NCBI GenBank assembly: GCA_947628215.1
Contig: CANQYZ010000003.1
Span: 14,972-78,971, forward strand
From: an uncultured Clostridia bacterium
Lineage (GTDB): Bacteria; Bacillota; Clostridia; TANB77; CAG-508
DNA: 64,000 bases
Reading direction: 5' to 3'
The position numbers were made by a program, and so were the translations under genes. Positions 11,168-20,930 of the stretch are shown here, piece after piece. Position 1 is the first letter of the stretch; each line of letters begins with the position of its first letter. Under the pieces are notes generated by a model that saw nothing but the letters and a program-made list of their open reading frames with translations, ran no database searches and was not told where the DNA came from.

Positions 11168-12949
11168 ATGAAAAAAGAATTAGGTCTTAATTTCAAAAGA
11201 ATAATATCTATAATTTTAATTGTAGAACTAGTATTATCTATTTTTACAGTATTTTTCGTTCCAAAGAAAGCAGAAGCACTTAGTAGTTCTTATACTCAAT
11301 ATGTAAAGTCTGGCATTTCTGCATTCCCAGAAAGTTATAAAACTTATTTAAATGAACTTCATGAGCTTCATCCAAATTGGATATTTAAAGCTTATTATAC
11401 TGGTATTCCTTGGAGCGAATTAACATCAAGTCAAGCAGAGAATAAATGTAAGAAAAATACAATATATTTTAAATCAGGAACAACTTTACTAGATCCACTA
11501 GCACTATGCGTTTGTGGTGGTGAAGGTGATCCAAATTATTACTGCGCTTCAGGAGCTATGGTAAACTTTTACTTAGATCCAAGAAATTTCTTATCTGAAG
11601 GACAAGTATTTCAATTTTTAGATTTAGGATATGATACAAATATAACAAAAGATATTGTACAAACTGCAGTAAAAAATTCTTTCTTAAGTGGAAAATATAA
11701 AGAAAATGGAAAAGAAATAGCTTATGTAGATACAATAATGGAAGCAGCAAAAGAATCAAAAGTAAGTGCACTTCATATATCTGCTACTATTATACAAGAA
11801 GTTGGAAATGGTACTAAAAAATCTGACGGTACTTATACACTTCCAAGTGCAGTATCTGGTAACTATGATGGATATAAAGGATATTATAACTTTTTCAACT
11901 ATGGAGCAACAGACAGCTCAAATGGAGAAGGTGGAGCTGTAAAAAGAGGACTTAAAAAAGCAAAAGAACTTGGATGGGATACACCAACTAAGGCTATCAA
12001 AGGTGGAGTTGAGAAAGTACTTGCAAACTCATATATAGGCGCAGGACAAAAAACAAAATATTTTTATAAATTTGATGTAGTAGGAAATGAAATATTAACA
12101 GAAGATATGGGAAGTAAAAAATATAGTTCAAGCCAATTTTTCTCTCATCAATATATGACAAATCTTCAAGATCCATACAGCCAAGCTGGAACATTATTTA
12201 ATAACTATAATGATAGTGGACTTTCAGATAAAGCATTATCATTTGTAATTCCAGTATATGATAATATGCCATCTGCTCCTGTAAAATGCCCAACATCATT
12301 AAAAGCAAGTGATGGAACTCTTTATGAAATAGATGTAAATACAACAGTAAATGTTAGAAATTCTGCATCTAGTTCAGGAAAATCTCTTGGAACATTAAGA
12401 AGAGGAATGATAGTTGCTTCAACAGGAAAAACTGGCGATTGGTATCAAATTAAATTCAAAAAAGCAAGTACATATGATTCAAAAAATAAAAAGTGGAATA
12501 GTACAACAATTACAGGATATGTACAAAAAGATTATATAGAAAATATTAAGGCATCAAGTGAAAAAGTAGATTTAAATACAAATGAGAATGTACTAGATTC
12601 TATTCCAGATGCAAAAGTAAGTGATATTAAATCAAAATATAAAGATGCTAAGATAACTAAAGCTGATGGTTCATCTGTAAAAGATACAGATAAACTTGCT
12701 ACTGGATATAAAGTAACTATTGAAGGTAAAACATATGACATAGTAGTATATGGTGATATTAATGGAGATGGCAGAGTTTTAGCTAATGATTATGTATTTA
12801 TAGAAAATCATATAATGGGTTCAAAAAAAATAAACGGCAAAGCTTATATTGATGCCGCAGATATAAATGCTGATGGAAAAATATTAGCAAACGATTATGT
12901 ATTTATAGAGAACTTTATAATGGGAACTGGCAAAATAACATTAAAATAA
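11168..12949 (+). CDS. secreted peptidoglycan hydrolase: N-acetylglucosaminidase + SH3 + C-terminal type I dockerin
   Basis: Signal/TM segment, glucosaminidase-like YNFFNYGA region, and SH3-like VNVRNSASSSGKSLG...GDWYQIKF. Two dockerin repeats: GDINGDGRVLANDYVFIENHIMG and ADINADGKILANDYVFIENFIMG. Confidence 0.7.
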   Translation: MKKELGLNFKRIISIILIVELVLSIFTVFFVPKKAEALSSSYTQYVKSGISAFPESYKTYLNELHELHPNWIFKAYYTGIPWSELTSSQAENKCKKNTIYFKSGTTLLDPLALCVCGGEGDPNYYCASGAMVNFYLDPRNFLSEGQVFQFLDLGYDTNITKDIVQTAVKNSFLSGKYKENGKEIAYVDTIMEAAKESKVSALHISATIIQEVGNGTKKSDGTYTLPSAVSGNYDGYKGYYNFFNYGATDSSNGEGGAVKRGLKKAKELGWDTPTKAIKGGVEKVLANSYIGAGQKTKYFYKFDVVGNEILTEDMGSKKYSSSQFFSHQYMTNLQDPYSQAGTLFNNYNDSGLSDKALSFVIPVYDNMPSAPVKCPTSLKASDGTLYEIDVNTTVNVRNSASSSGKSLGTLRRGMIVASTGKTGDWYQIKFKKASTYDSKNKKWNSTTITGYVQKDYIENIKASSEKVDLNTNENVLDSIPDAKVSDIKSKYKDAKITKADGSSVKDTDKLATGYKVTIEGKTYDIVVYGDINGDGRVLANDYVFIENHIMGSKKINGKAYIDAADINADGKILANDYVFIENFIMGTGKITLK

Positions 12950-12970
12950 CATTAGAATTGGAGGAGCTAT

Positions 12971-14461
12971 ATGATAAACACGAGAAAAAAATTTTTAAGT
13001 ATATTAGCAATAGTATTTTTGGCAATGATGATAATGAATGTAAAATCATATGCAGCTACATTTAGTGTAAGTAAAACAAGTGTATCAGTAAATAAAGGAA
13101 AAACTGCTTCAATAACTGTTAATGGAAAAAGTATTACTGGTAAAATAAATGTATCTTCATCAAATACTTCAGTTGCAACAGTTTCAGTAGGTTCAAAATG
13201 GGTTAATAAGAATAGCTTTTCATTCACAATTACAGGGAAAAAAGCTGGAACAGCAACAATAACCGTTTCTGGAACTGACTTTTCTGATAGTGTAGGAAAT
13301 TTAAATTCTGCTACTAAAACAATAAAAGTAACAGTAAAAGATTCTTCTAGTTCTAATACAACTTCAACAAGTGATGATGATAGTAGCCAAAAGAAATCGT
13401 CAGACGCAACATTATCAAACTTAGGAGTAACACCAAAAGAATATGACTTTAAAGGATTTAAAAAATCAGTAACAGGATCTAATGCAGAATATAAAGTAAA
13501 AGTGCCAAATAGTATTACAAAACTTACAGTATATGCAACACCATCAAGTTCAAAAGCTAAATATTCTGTTTCAGGAAATACAGGTTTTAAAGTTGGAACA
13601 AATATTATTTCTGTTAAAGTAACAGCAGAAGATGGTACAACAAAAACATATAAGATATATGTAACAAGAGCATCTGGAGATGAAGAAGAAGTTATACCAA
13701 ATGTAATAGATGATGAAAATAGTACAGATGATAATACATCTGATGAACCTACTGGAATAGGACTTGATTCTTTAGAGGTACAAGGATATGTTTTATCACC
13801 AGAATTTAAATCTAATGTTTATGAATATGCAGTAGAAATTGGTGAGCAGAAATTTGAATCATTAGATGAACTTAAAAATTTAATTAAAACTTCTGTAAGT
13901 TATGGAGATGCAATGGCAGTAGTAAGTGTGCAAGAGGGAACAGAAGATGATTATTTTGTATATAATGCTAATATAAAAGTTTCAGACTATGAAAGAGAAT
14001 ATGCAAGTTATGATATAAAATTTGTTAAATCTTTAGCTGATTTAGAAGGAAATGTTGAAGAAGAAGTAGATACAGAAGAAATACCACAAGAAAATATGGA
14101 ATCTGCAGAAAAAGATAATAATAACAAAGATTTAATATTTGGATTAGATAGAGACTTCGTAGAAAAATTAGCACTTGCTGGATGTAGCTTAATTCTATTT
14201 ATAATAGTAATAGTTCAAGGAATTGTACTTCATAAAAAGACATTAGAACTTGATGAATATGATTTAGATTCATATGATGATGACAGTGATGAAGAAAGCT
14301 CAGATGAAAAAGATAGAGAAATAGACGAAGATGAAAAAAGAGAAGATGATAAAGAAGAAAACAGAGAAAACATGTCAGATGAAATAGATAGAAGTAAATA
14401 TGAACCAAGATATAGAAATCCAAGAAGTTCAGGAAGCAGAAGAGGTGGAAGACATTTCTAA
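12971..14461 (+). CDS. surface protein with Big_2-like and cadherin-like beta-sandwich domains, a TM anchor and an acidic tail
   Basis: Signal peptide, ATFSVSKTSVSV...TATITVSG, and two DATLSNLGV/LDSLEVQGY...YEY modules. C-terminal TM followed by a D/E/K-rich tail. Confidence 0.6.
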   Translation: MINTRKKFLSILAIVFLAMMIMNVKSYAATFSVSKTSVSVNKGKTASITVNGKSITGKINVSSSNTSVATVSVGSKWVNKNSFSFTITGKKAGTATITVSGTDFSDSVGNLNSATKTIKVTVKDSSSSNTTSTSDDDSSQKKSSDATLSNLGVTPKEYDFKGFKKSVTGSNAEYKVKVPNSITKLTVYATPSSSKAKYSVSGNTGFKVGTNIISVKVTAEDGTTKTYKIYVTRASGDEEEVIPNVIDDENSTDDNTSDEPTGIGLDSLEVQGYVLSPEFKSNVYEYAVEIGEQKFESLDELKNLIKTSVSYGDAMAVVSVQEGTEDDYFVYNANIKVSDYEREYASYDIKFVKSLADLEGNVEEEVDTEEIPQENMESAEKDNNNKDLIFGLDRDFVEKLALAGCSLILFIIVIVQGIVLHKKTLELDEYDLDSYDDDSDEESSDEKDREIDEDEKREDDKEENRENMSDEIDRSKYEPRYRNPRSSGSRRGGRHF

Positions 14462-14470
14462 GGTAAAATT

Positions 14471-14498
14471 AAGGTGAGGAAAAATCCTCACCTTTTTT
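14471..14498 (+). terminator. intrinsic terminator
   Basis: aaggtgagga-aaaa-tcctcacctt followed by tttt. Confidence 0.75.
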
Positions 14499-14533
14499 GT
14501 CGTATTTTGAAATTATTTGACGATGAAAAATGC

Positions 14534-14562
14534 TTGAAAATACTATACTAGGGTGCTATACT
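14534..14562 (+). promoter_or_regulatory. sigma-A-like promoter (TTGAAA, 17 nt, TGcTATACT) inside a long ORF-free gap
   Basis: -35 at 14534-14539 and extended -10 at 14554-14562, read directly. Confidence 0.35.
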
Positions 14563-14568
14563 TTTTTT

Positions 14569-14962
14569 AAAGTTAATTAAAATTATTAGTTAATGTAAAT
14601 TCTTTTTTAATATTTCGTTCTGAAATATTTCATTTCCCAAAAAAGTAAAATTTAAAAGAAAAATCACATTTATTGATAATGCTATGTTTTTTGCATTAAC
14701 AATAAAAGAATTAACTTTAATCTGCCGGAAAGGAGGTTAAATTCGTTTAAGGAAGTTTATTTTAATAAATATAAGTTTCTTAGCCCCCAAAATTAAGAAA
14801 TAGATTTTAAGTTATACAAGGAGTATATAATATAATTTACATGTTTGTAGATTAAATCGGATTTTTAAATAGCATTATCAATTATTACAATCATTTCATT
14901 TATCAAACATAACCTATATGAAAAAGGCACTTTTAAAGTAATTTAAAGGTGTCTTTTTTTAT
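14569..14962 (+). ncRNA. candidate ~390-nt non-coding transcript, class unknown
   Basis: Bounded by the promoter at 14534-14562 and the intrinsic terminator at 14925-14962. No ORF with an RBS. The downstream gene has its own promoter-like TTGACT..TATACT at about 14991-15020. Confidence 0.25.
14925..14962 (+). terminator. intrinsic terminator ending the ORF-free unit
   Basis: 13-bp stem (two G-U pairs) followed by T7. Confidence 0.55.
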
Positions 14963-15045
14963 ACAAAATATAACATTTTCTGAGGATTTATTGACTATAA
15001 TATTTGATTTAAGATATACTATTTATAGTAAAAGGAGATATAAAA

Positions 15046-15711
15046 ATGCAAGAAAAAAAGAAGTTTATTTTAGCTGTTCCAACAGTGATAATAATTATTA
15101 TTTTCATCATTTCTATTTTTTTTATTTTTTATAAAAAGAATATAAAAGATATGACAAAAGATGAAGCTTTAGTACTTGCGGAAAAAGTTTTAAGAATTGA
15201 TAATTTATCTTGTGAGATAATTGCAAAACAAGGAGATACAGAAAATGCTACTGATTATAAAAGACTTGGAAAATTAGTATACATGAAAAGTGATGAACTA
15301 GAGCAGTACTTGGATACAGAAAAAGAAGAATGTATATATGTAGATACTGCAGAAAAAGAGGCTTATAAATATTCATCAAATGCTGTAATTGATAGCTACA
15401 ATGAAATGATTTATACAGGTGTAAGTTTCTTAAAAGATGAGTCTTTAAATTATAAGTTTAATAAATATGAAAAAGTAAATGGAATAGACTGCGCATCTAT
15501 TACTTTAAATAATAGTACAACTAACATAAATATGTGGCTTGATAAATCTTCAGGAATGATTACTAAGTTTTCAATAAAGTACTTAGAAGAAGAGGGAGAC
15601 GAGACAACTTATGTTTATAGATATCAAATTGGAAAAGTCAAAGAAAATGAAGTAAAAGCACCAGACTTATCTTCTCTTGAAGGCTATGATATATTAGATA
15701 TGAATGAATAA
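15046..15711 (+). CDS. membrane-anchored hypothetical protein
   Basis: aaaaggaga RBS; N-terminal TM helix followed by a soluble domain. Confidence 0.4.
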   Translation: MQEKKKFILAVPTVIIIIIFIISIFFIFYKKNIKDMTKDEALVLAEKVLRIDNLSCEIIAKQGDTENATDYKRLGKLVYMKSDELEQYLDTEKEECIYVDTAEKEAYKYSSNAVIDSYNEMIYTGVSFLKDESLNYKFNKYEKVNGIDCASITLNNSTTNINMWLDKSSGMITKFSIKYLEEEGDETTYVYRYQIGKVKENEVKAPDLSSLEGYDILDMNE

Positions 15712-15767
15712 AATGAAAAAATAGAAAAGTAAAAAATAATAAAAAAACAAAAGAAAAGGGGATTATT

Positions 15768-16256
15768 ATGAAAAAATGTTTAAAAAATGAAAAAGGTTTT
15801 GTTATTTCATCTATGATAGTTATTTTAGGAGTATTACTTGCTGTATCTATAGGATCATATGTTTATTATTCAGCATCAAAGACAGTATATGATACAAATA
15901 ATGCATTATCAGAACAGGAAACATCAGTATATAATATGGCATTAGTACCATATCTTGGCTCTAGTACAAGAGGAGCAAATGTAAGATCTTTGATTGATGC
16001 AGTTATAGCTAGTAATACATCTAATGCAGGACAAAGCGGAAAATTTATATCAATAGATGCTTCAAAACTTGATAGTTCAATTGGAGTTATTGGGGATGCC
16101 GGAACTAGTTTAAACACAACAGAATATGTAAATGAATATAATACAAAAATGAGTAGCCTTAAGACTAAAATAGAGGCCGGAAAAACATATAATGTTACTG
16201 CATCATATGATGTTGGTAGTGGACGTATAAAAGAAGTAATAATAGAAGAAAACTAA
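15768..16256 (+). CDS. hypothetical protein with pilin-like N-terminus (KG|FVISSMIVILGVLLAV)
   Basis: Class III signal-like KGF followed by a hydrophobic helix. No Glu at +5. Confidence 0.35.
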   Translation: MKKCLKNEKGFVISSMIVILGVLLAVSIGSYVYYSASKTVYDTNNALSEQETSVYNMALVPYLGSSTRGANVRSLIDAVIASNTSNAGQSGKFISIDASKLDSSIGVIGDAGTSLNTTEYVNEYNTKMSSLKTKIEAGKTYNVTASYDVGSGRIKEVIIEEN

Positions 16257-16272
16257 AGAAGAGGTAGAAATT

Positions 16273-17178
16273 TTGGAAGAATTATTTGAGGGAAATCAGG
16301 ACTTAGTATATTGCCTAAATCAAGTAAATACGCTTATTTCAGAGATTGACAAGTTTAATAGCAAACTTAGAATTTGCAATAAAAATGCCAGTCTATTAGG
16401 CATAGGCAAAGTTTCTTTAAATAGTATTTTTCTAGAAGATATAGAAAGCCTAAAAAATATGTTTAATTCTTTAATAGAAAATTCTTATAATAATTCTGAA
16501 GAAATACAAAAAGCAAAAGAAGAGCTAGAAGTAAAGACTAAAGAAATTACAGAAGCAATAAAAAAAGAAAAAGAATACGTAGAGAAATCTCAAATAGAAG
16601 AAATATATCAAAAAGCACAAAGAGCAATTTATGTTGCAAAATGGAGAGCAAAAGAAAATGAAATAAGCTATTTAAATTATAAAGACAATTTTATATCTAA
16701 GATTACAGGAGAAGCAAAAAATAGAAAGTTATCTATTGAAAGAAAGAAGCTAGAGAGCGAACTTATTAAAAAAGAGTATTATGAAGAAGCTACTAAATAT
16801 AATGGAGAATCTATAAGAGAAATAGTGCTAAAGTTAAGTAGTGTAGCAGAAAGAGATTATGATGTAATTAATTTAAAAGATAAGCTTATTAAAATTTATA
16901 TGCTAGATGAGAGTACAATCAATTCTGTTCCTGAACTTGATTGGGTAAGTAGCAGTATTGTTCCATATGGATTTTTTGATAAGATAAAATATTATAGAAC
17001 ATTAAATAGAAATTTAAGTGCTATGATTTTATCACTTAAAGAAAAACTTTCTGGAAACAGATTTGATTCTTTTGAAGTAGAAGAAAACAAACTTCAAAAA
17101 GTAGAGAAAAAGCTATTTAGCTTAGAAAAAATAAATAAAGAAATTAAAAATCTTATTTCTGGAATAAAAATGAATTAA
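16273..17178 (+). CDS. coiled-coil hypothetical protein
   Basis: TTG start with gaagaggt RBS; K/E-rich heptad-like sequence. Confidence 0.4.
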   Translation: MEELFEGNQDLVYCLNQVNTLISEIDKFNSKLRICNKNASLLGIGKVSLNSIFLEDIESLKNMFNSLIENSYNNSEEIQKAKEELEVKTKEITEAIKKEKEYVEKSQIEEIYQKAQRAIYVAKWRAKENEISYLNYKDNFISKITGEAKNRKLSIERKKLESELIKKEYYEEATKYNGESIREIVLKLSSVAERDYDVINLKDKLIKIYMLDESTINSVPELDWVSSSIVPYGFFDKIKYYRTLNRNLSAMILSLKEKLSGNRFDSFEVEENKLQKVEKKLFSLEKINKEIKNLISGIKMN

Positions 17179-17200
17179 TAAAATAAAGAAATAATCTAAA

Positions 17201-17234
17201 AATGCGATAAGTATTGTACTTACCGCATTTTTTT
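17201..17234 (+). terminator. intrinsic terminator
   Basis: aatgcgataagta-ttg-tacttaccgcatt followed by a T-run. Confidence 0.65.
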
Positions 17235-17268
17235 GGTATAATACTATTGCTTAAGAGAGGAAAGATAA

Positions 17269-18036
17269 ATGAATTTTTTTGTAAATAAAAACCAAGTGAA
17301 TGAAAATAAAATATATATAGAAGGAATGGATGTAAACCATATAAAAAATGTTTTAAGACATAAAGAAGGAGATATTTTAAATATAGTTTGCAAAGATTTA
17401 AATTTAAGCTATGAAGCAAAAATAGAAAACTTCTTAGAAAAACAAATAGAATGTATAGTTTTAAATAAAAAAGAAAATATAGATAAAGATTTAAGTATAG
17501 ATATTTATCAAGGACTTCCAAAAGCAGATAAAATGGAAACTATAATTCAAAAATGTTCTGAACTAGGAGTTGATAAAATAATACCAGTTTCTATGAAAAG
17601 ATGTGTTGTAAAGCTTGATAAAAAAGATGAAGAAAAGAAGATTTCAAGATGGCAGACAATTTCAGAAGTTGCAGCAAAACAATGTCAAAGAGAAGATATA
17701 TTAAAAATAGAAAACCTTATAAATATAGAAACTGTATGTCAAAATATTGAAAAGTATGATATAGTATTAGTTGCATATGAAAAAGAAAACGAAAATTACT
17801 TAAAAAATGAAATAGAAAATATAAAAAATATTCATAAAGATAAAATAAGTCTAGCAGTAGTTATAGGACCAGAAGGAGGACTAGAAGATACAGAAGTAGA
17901 AAAATTAAAAGAAAATAACGCTAAGATAATTTCCTTAGGAAAAAGAATTTTAAGAACAGAAACTGCACCAATAGTAGTTTCAACAATACTTATGTATGAA
18001 TTAGGTGATATTGGGGGAAAATATGGAACCAAATGA
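17269..18036 (+). CDS. rsmE: 16S rRNA (uracil1498-N3)-methyltransferase
   Basis: RsmE-like length and motifs (HIKNVLR, GLPKADKME.IIQKCSELGV, VIGPEGG...E, ISLGKRILRTETA). Confidence 0.8.
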   Translation: MNFFVNKNQVNENKIYIEGMDVNHIKNVLRHKEGDILNIVCKDLNLSYEAKIENFLEKQIECIVLNKKENIDKDLSIDIYQGLPKADKMETIIQKCSELGVDKIIPVSMKRCVVKLDKKDEEKKISRWQTISEVAAKQCQREDILKIENLINIETVCQNIEKYDIVLVAYEKENENYLKNEIENIKNIHKDKISLAVVIGPEGGLEDTEVEKLKENNAKIISLGKRILRTETAPIVVSTILMYELGDIGGKYGTK

Positions 18037-18760
18037 AGTAGAACAATTTCAGAAAGAAATAAGTACAAAAATTAGATTACCTAAAGAAGAAAAATATAAG
18101 ATTTATGGAAAAATGTTTATAAATTTACTTTTAGCTGTAGCAGTTTTAGTTTATTTTATATTTTTAAATTTAGGATATTTAAAATTAGATACAAAAGTAT
18201 TTAAAGTAGACTTAAAAGTTTTTGCTGTTATACTTCTTGGATTTACAATCTATTTCTTTGAAAGAGCTTATACTACAGGAAGAGGAACATATGTAGTACA
18301 TAGCTTGGAGCTATTAGTTTTAAGTTTAGTTACTCTTTATATGCCTTATGTTTATTTTTATCAAAATGAATTAACACAAATAATATTTTCAACATCTGCT
18401 GTTTATATAGGTATATATTATATAATCAAATGTATATGTATGTATATAATTTATAGAAATAGATATATTCATAAAGCAAGTGATGTAAGAGAACTTCTTA
18501 AAGAAGAAAAAGTATCTTATTTAGATGAGGAAAGTACGAAGAAATTTACTGATAATAATAAAACAAAGTCTCCAAGAAAGACTACAAAGACTACTAAGAA
18601 AACAGCTAAAAAAGCTCCTAAAACAAGAAAAACTGTATCTAAAAAAGAAGAGCCTAAAAAGACTACAAAAAGAACTACTAAGAGTACTACAAAAACAACT
18701 AAATCAAAAGAGACAAAGACTAAAAAGACATCATCTACAAGAAAAACTAAAAGTAAATAA
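18023..18760 (+). CDS. polytopic membrane protein with a Lys/Thr-rich basic tail
   Basis: ATG with gggggaaa RBS; 4-5 TM helices; the last ~65 aa are a KKTTK-type low-complexity repeat. Confidence 0.5.
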   Translation: MEPNEVEQFQKEISTKIRLPKEEKYKIYGKMFINLLLAVAVLVYFIFLNLGYLKLDTKVFKVDLKVFAVILLGFTIYFFERAYTTGRGTYVVHSLELLVLSLVTLYMPYVYFYQNELTQIIFSTSAVYIGIYYIIKCICMYIIYRNRYIHKASDVRELLKEEKVSYLDEESTKKFTDNNKTKSPRKTTKTTKKTAKKAPKTRKTVSKKEEPKKTTKRTTKSTTKTTKSKETKTKKTSSTRKTKSK

Positions 18761-18783
18761 AATAAAAAGGTGGAAATTAAGTA

Positions 18784-19659
18784 ATGATTAGAAGTATGAC
18801 TGGATTTGGAAGAAGTAAATATGAGATAGAAGGCAGAGAATATCTTGTAGATATTAGATCTGTAAATCATAAGTATAATGATATATCAATAAAAATGCCA
18901 AGAGTAATCTCATATTTAGAAGATAAAGTTAGAAAAGAAATATTAGAAAATATCTCAAGAGGAAAAGTTGATGTTTTTATTTCTTTAGATGATTATAGTG
19001 AAAAAGGAAAAGAAATAAAACTAAATAAAGAACTTGCAAAAGCATATATTAAAGAGTTAAGAGAACTTGCAGAAGAGACAGATATTAGATGTGATATAAA
19101 TGTTACTGAGATAACTAAATTTCCAGATGTTTTAAATTTAAAAGATGAAGAAAACGAAGAAGAAATGTGGGAAGAATTAAAAGTTGCATTAGATGAAGCA
19201 ATTTCTAATTTTGTTTCCATGAGAGAAGTTGAAGGAAGCAAAATTAAGGAAGACTTGAAAAATAGAATTGAAAGTATTTCAAAAAAAGTTTCAGAAATTT
19301 CTGAATTTTCAGCTGGACTAATTGAAGAATATATAATAAAATTAAATGCAAGAGTAAAAGAGCTTATGAACACAGATATAATTGATGAAAATAGATTAGC
19401 TCAAGAAATAGTAATTTTTTCAGATAAGTCATCAATAGAAGAAGAACTTACTAGATTAAAAAGCCATATTGCTCAATTTTTAAATTTACTTGAGAAAGAT
19501 TCTCCAGTAGGTAAAAAGTTTGACTTTATAATACAAGAGATGAATAGAGAAGTAAATACAATAGGATCAAAAGCAAACAGCTTAGATATAACAAATAGAG
19601 TTATAGAACTTAAGACAGAAATTGAAAATGTCAGAGAACAAATTCAAAATGTTGAATAG
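18784..19659 (+). CDS. yicC: YicC family stress-induced protein
   Basis: [11 protein letters not shown]-terminus and C-terminal [14 protein letters not shown] motif. Confidence 0.8.
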   Translation: MIRSMTGFGRSKYEIEGREYLVDIRSVNHKYNDISIKMPRVISYLEDKVRKEILENISRGKVDVFISLDDYSEKGKEIKLNKELAKAYIKELRELAEETDIRCDINVTEITKFPDVLNLKDEENEEEMWEELKVALDEAISNFVSMREVEGSKIKEDLKNRIESISKKVSEISEFSAGLIEEYIIKLNARVKELMNTDIIDENRLAQEIVIFSDKSSIEEELTRLKSHIAQFLNLLEKDSPVGKKFDFIIQEMNREVNTIGSKANSLDITNRVIELKTEIENVREQIQNVE

Positions 19660-19670
19660 GGGTGAATTTT

Positions 19671-19937
19671 ATGCAACTGATAAATATAGGATTTGGAAAT
19701 ATAGTATCTGCAAATAGAATAATATCTATCGTAAGTCCAGAATCTGCTCCAATTAAGAGATTAGTACAAGAAGCAAAAGATTCAAAGATGGCAATAGATG
19801 CAACTTATGGTAGAAGAACAAGAGCAGTACTTATAATGGATTCAGGTCATGTAATATTATCTGCAGTACAACCAGAAACAGTAGCAGGAAGATTAGATAA
19901 AGATGAAAAAGAAGTAGAAGAAGAGGAAAACGAATAG
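19671..19937 (+). CDS. remA: RemA/DUF370 family regulator
   Basis: [30 protein letters not shown] signature. Confidence 0.8.
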   Translation: MQLINIGFGNIVSANRIISIVSPESAPIKRLVQEAKDSKMAIDATYGRRTRAVLIMDSGHVILSAVQPETVAGRLDKDEKEVEEEENE

Positions 19938-19950
19938 GGGGAATTTTAAA

Positions 19951-20235
19951 ATGATGGTAAAACCAAGTGTAGGAGAATTATTAGAAAAAGTAGAAGACAG
20001 ATATCAATTAGTTGTTATGACTTCAAGAAGAGCAAGACAACTAGCAGATGGAGCAATTCCTTTAACTAGTAAAAAAGAACATTCAAAAGTTACAATGGCA
20101 GCTCAAGAAATTGCAGATGGAAGCATTAGAATAGTAAAACCTAAAATAAAAGTAGAAGCTGAGGGAAAAGAAGAAAAAGAAGACAAAGAAGACAAAGAGA
20201 AAAAAGCAAAGAGTAAACCAAAAGCGAAAAAATAA
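19951..20235 (+). CDS. rpoZ: RNA polymerase omega subunit with K/E-rich C-terminal extension
   Basis: PSVGELLEKVEDRYQLVVMTSRRARQL matches the omega core. Confidence 0.8.
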   Translation: MMVKPSVGELLEKVEDRYQLVVMTSRRARQLADGAIPLTSKKEHSKVTMAAQEIADGSIRIVKPKIKVEAEGKEEKEDKEDKEKKAKSKPKAKK

Positions 20236-20249
20236 AGAGGTAAAAGAGT

Positions 20250-20825
20250 ATGCTAGTTATATTGTCAGGTGTGGCAGGAGCCGGAAAAGATACTATAAAA
20301 AAAGAATTAATGAAAAGAATGGATAATGTAGTATCACTTCCATCTTATACATCTAGGCCTAAAAGACCAGGAGATGAAGAAGGTGGAACATATCATTTTG
20401 TGTCTAAAGAAGAATTTGAAGAAATGCTAAAAAATGGCGATTTCTATGAATATGATGTACATCATAATAATTACTATGGAACATCAAAAAAATTATTAAA
20501 TGAAAAAATATCAAGTGGTAAAATTATAGTAAAAGACATAGAAGTAAATGGTACAGAACATTTAAAAGAAATCCTAAAAGATGATACAAAAGTAGTTACA
20601 ATCTTTTTAAGAGTTCCTAAAGAAGAACTAAAAAGAAGACTAGAAGAAAGAATAGATAAACCAGATCCTGCTGAAATAAAATTAAGACTTAATAGATTCG
20701 ATTATGAAGAATCAAAAATCGGAATTTATGATTATGTTATTAAAAATAATGATTTGGAAAAGACTGTTCAAATTATTATGACAATTATTGAAAATGAAGC
20801 ACGTATTGAAAATGCAGAGTTTTAA
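20250..20825 (+). CDS. gmk: guanylate kinase
   Basis: P-loop SGVAGAGKDT, and TSRPKRPGDEEGGTYHFVSKEEFE...YYGT. Confidence 0.75.
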   Translation: MLVILSGVAGAGKDTIKKELMKRMDNVVSLPSYTSRPKRPGDEEGGTYHFVSKEEFEEMLKNGDFYEYDVHHNNYYGTSKKLLNEKISSGKIIVKDIEVNGTEHLKEILKDDTKVVTIFLRVPKEELKRRLEERIDKPDPAEIKLRLNRFDYEESKIGIYDYVIKNNDLEKTVQIIMTIIENEARIENAEF

Positions 20826-20930
20826 AATAAAAGTAAAAAGTATATAAATATAGAAAATGCTCTATACTTATATACTTTTTCTTGCTTAAATGCCATAAAC
20901 TTTGATATACTATGTAAATCGGAGGGACAA

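Noticed and set aside
14949-15134. 61-aa ORF overlapping the start of gene 15046-15711
   Set aside because: It has no RBS and a low-complexity translation, and it overlaps a better-supported gene that has a canonical RBS.
18517-18870. Overlapping ORFs 18525-18791 (+) and 18517-18870 (-)
   Set aside because: They are alternative-frame and antisense readings of the AAG/ACA-rich low-complexity tail of the 18023-18760 gene.
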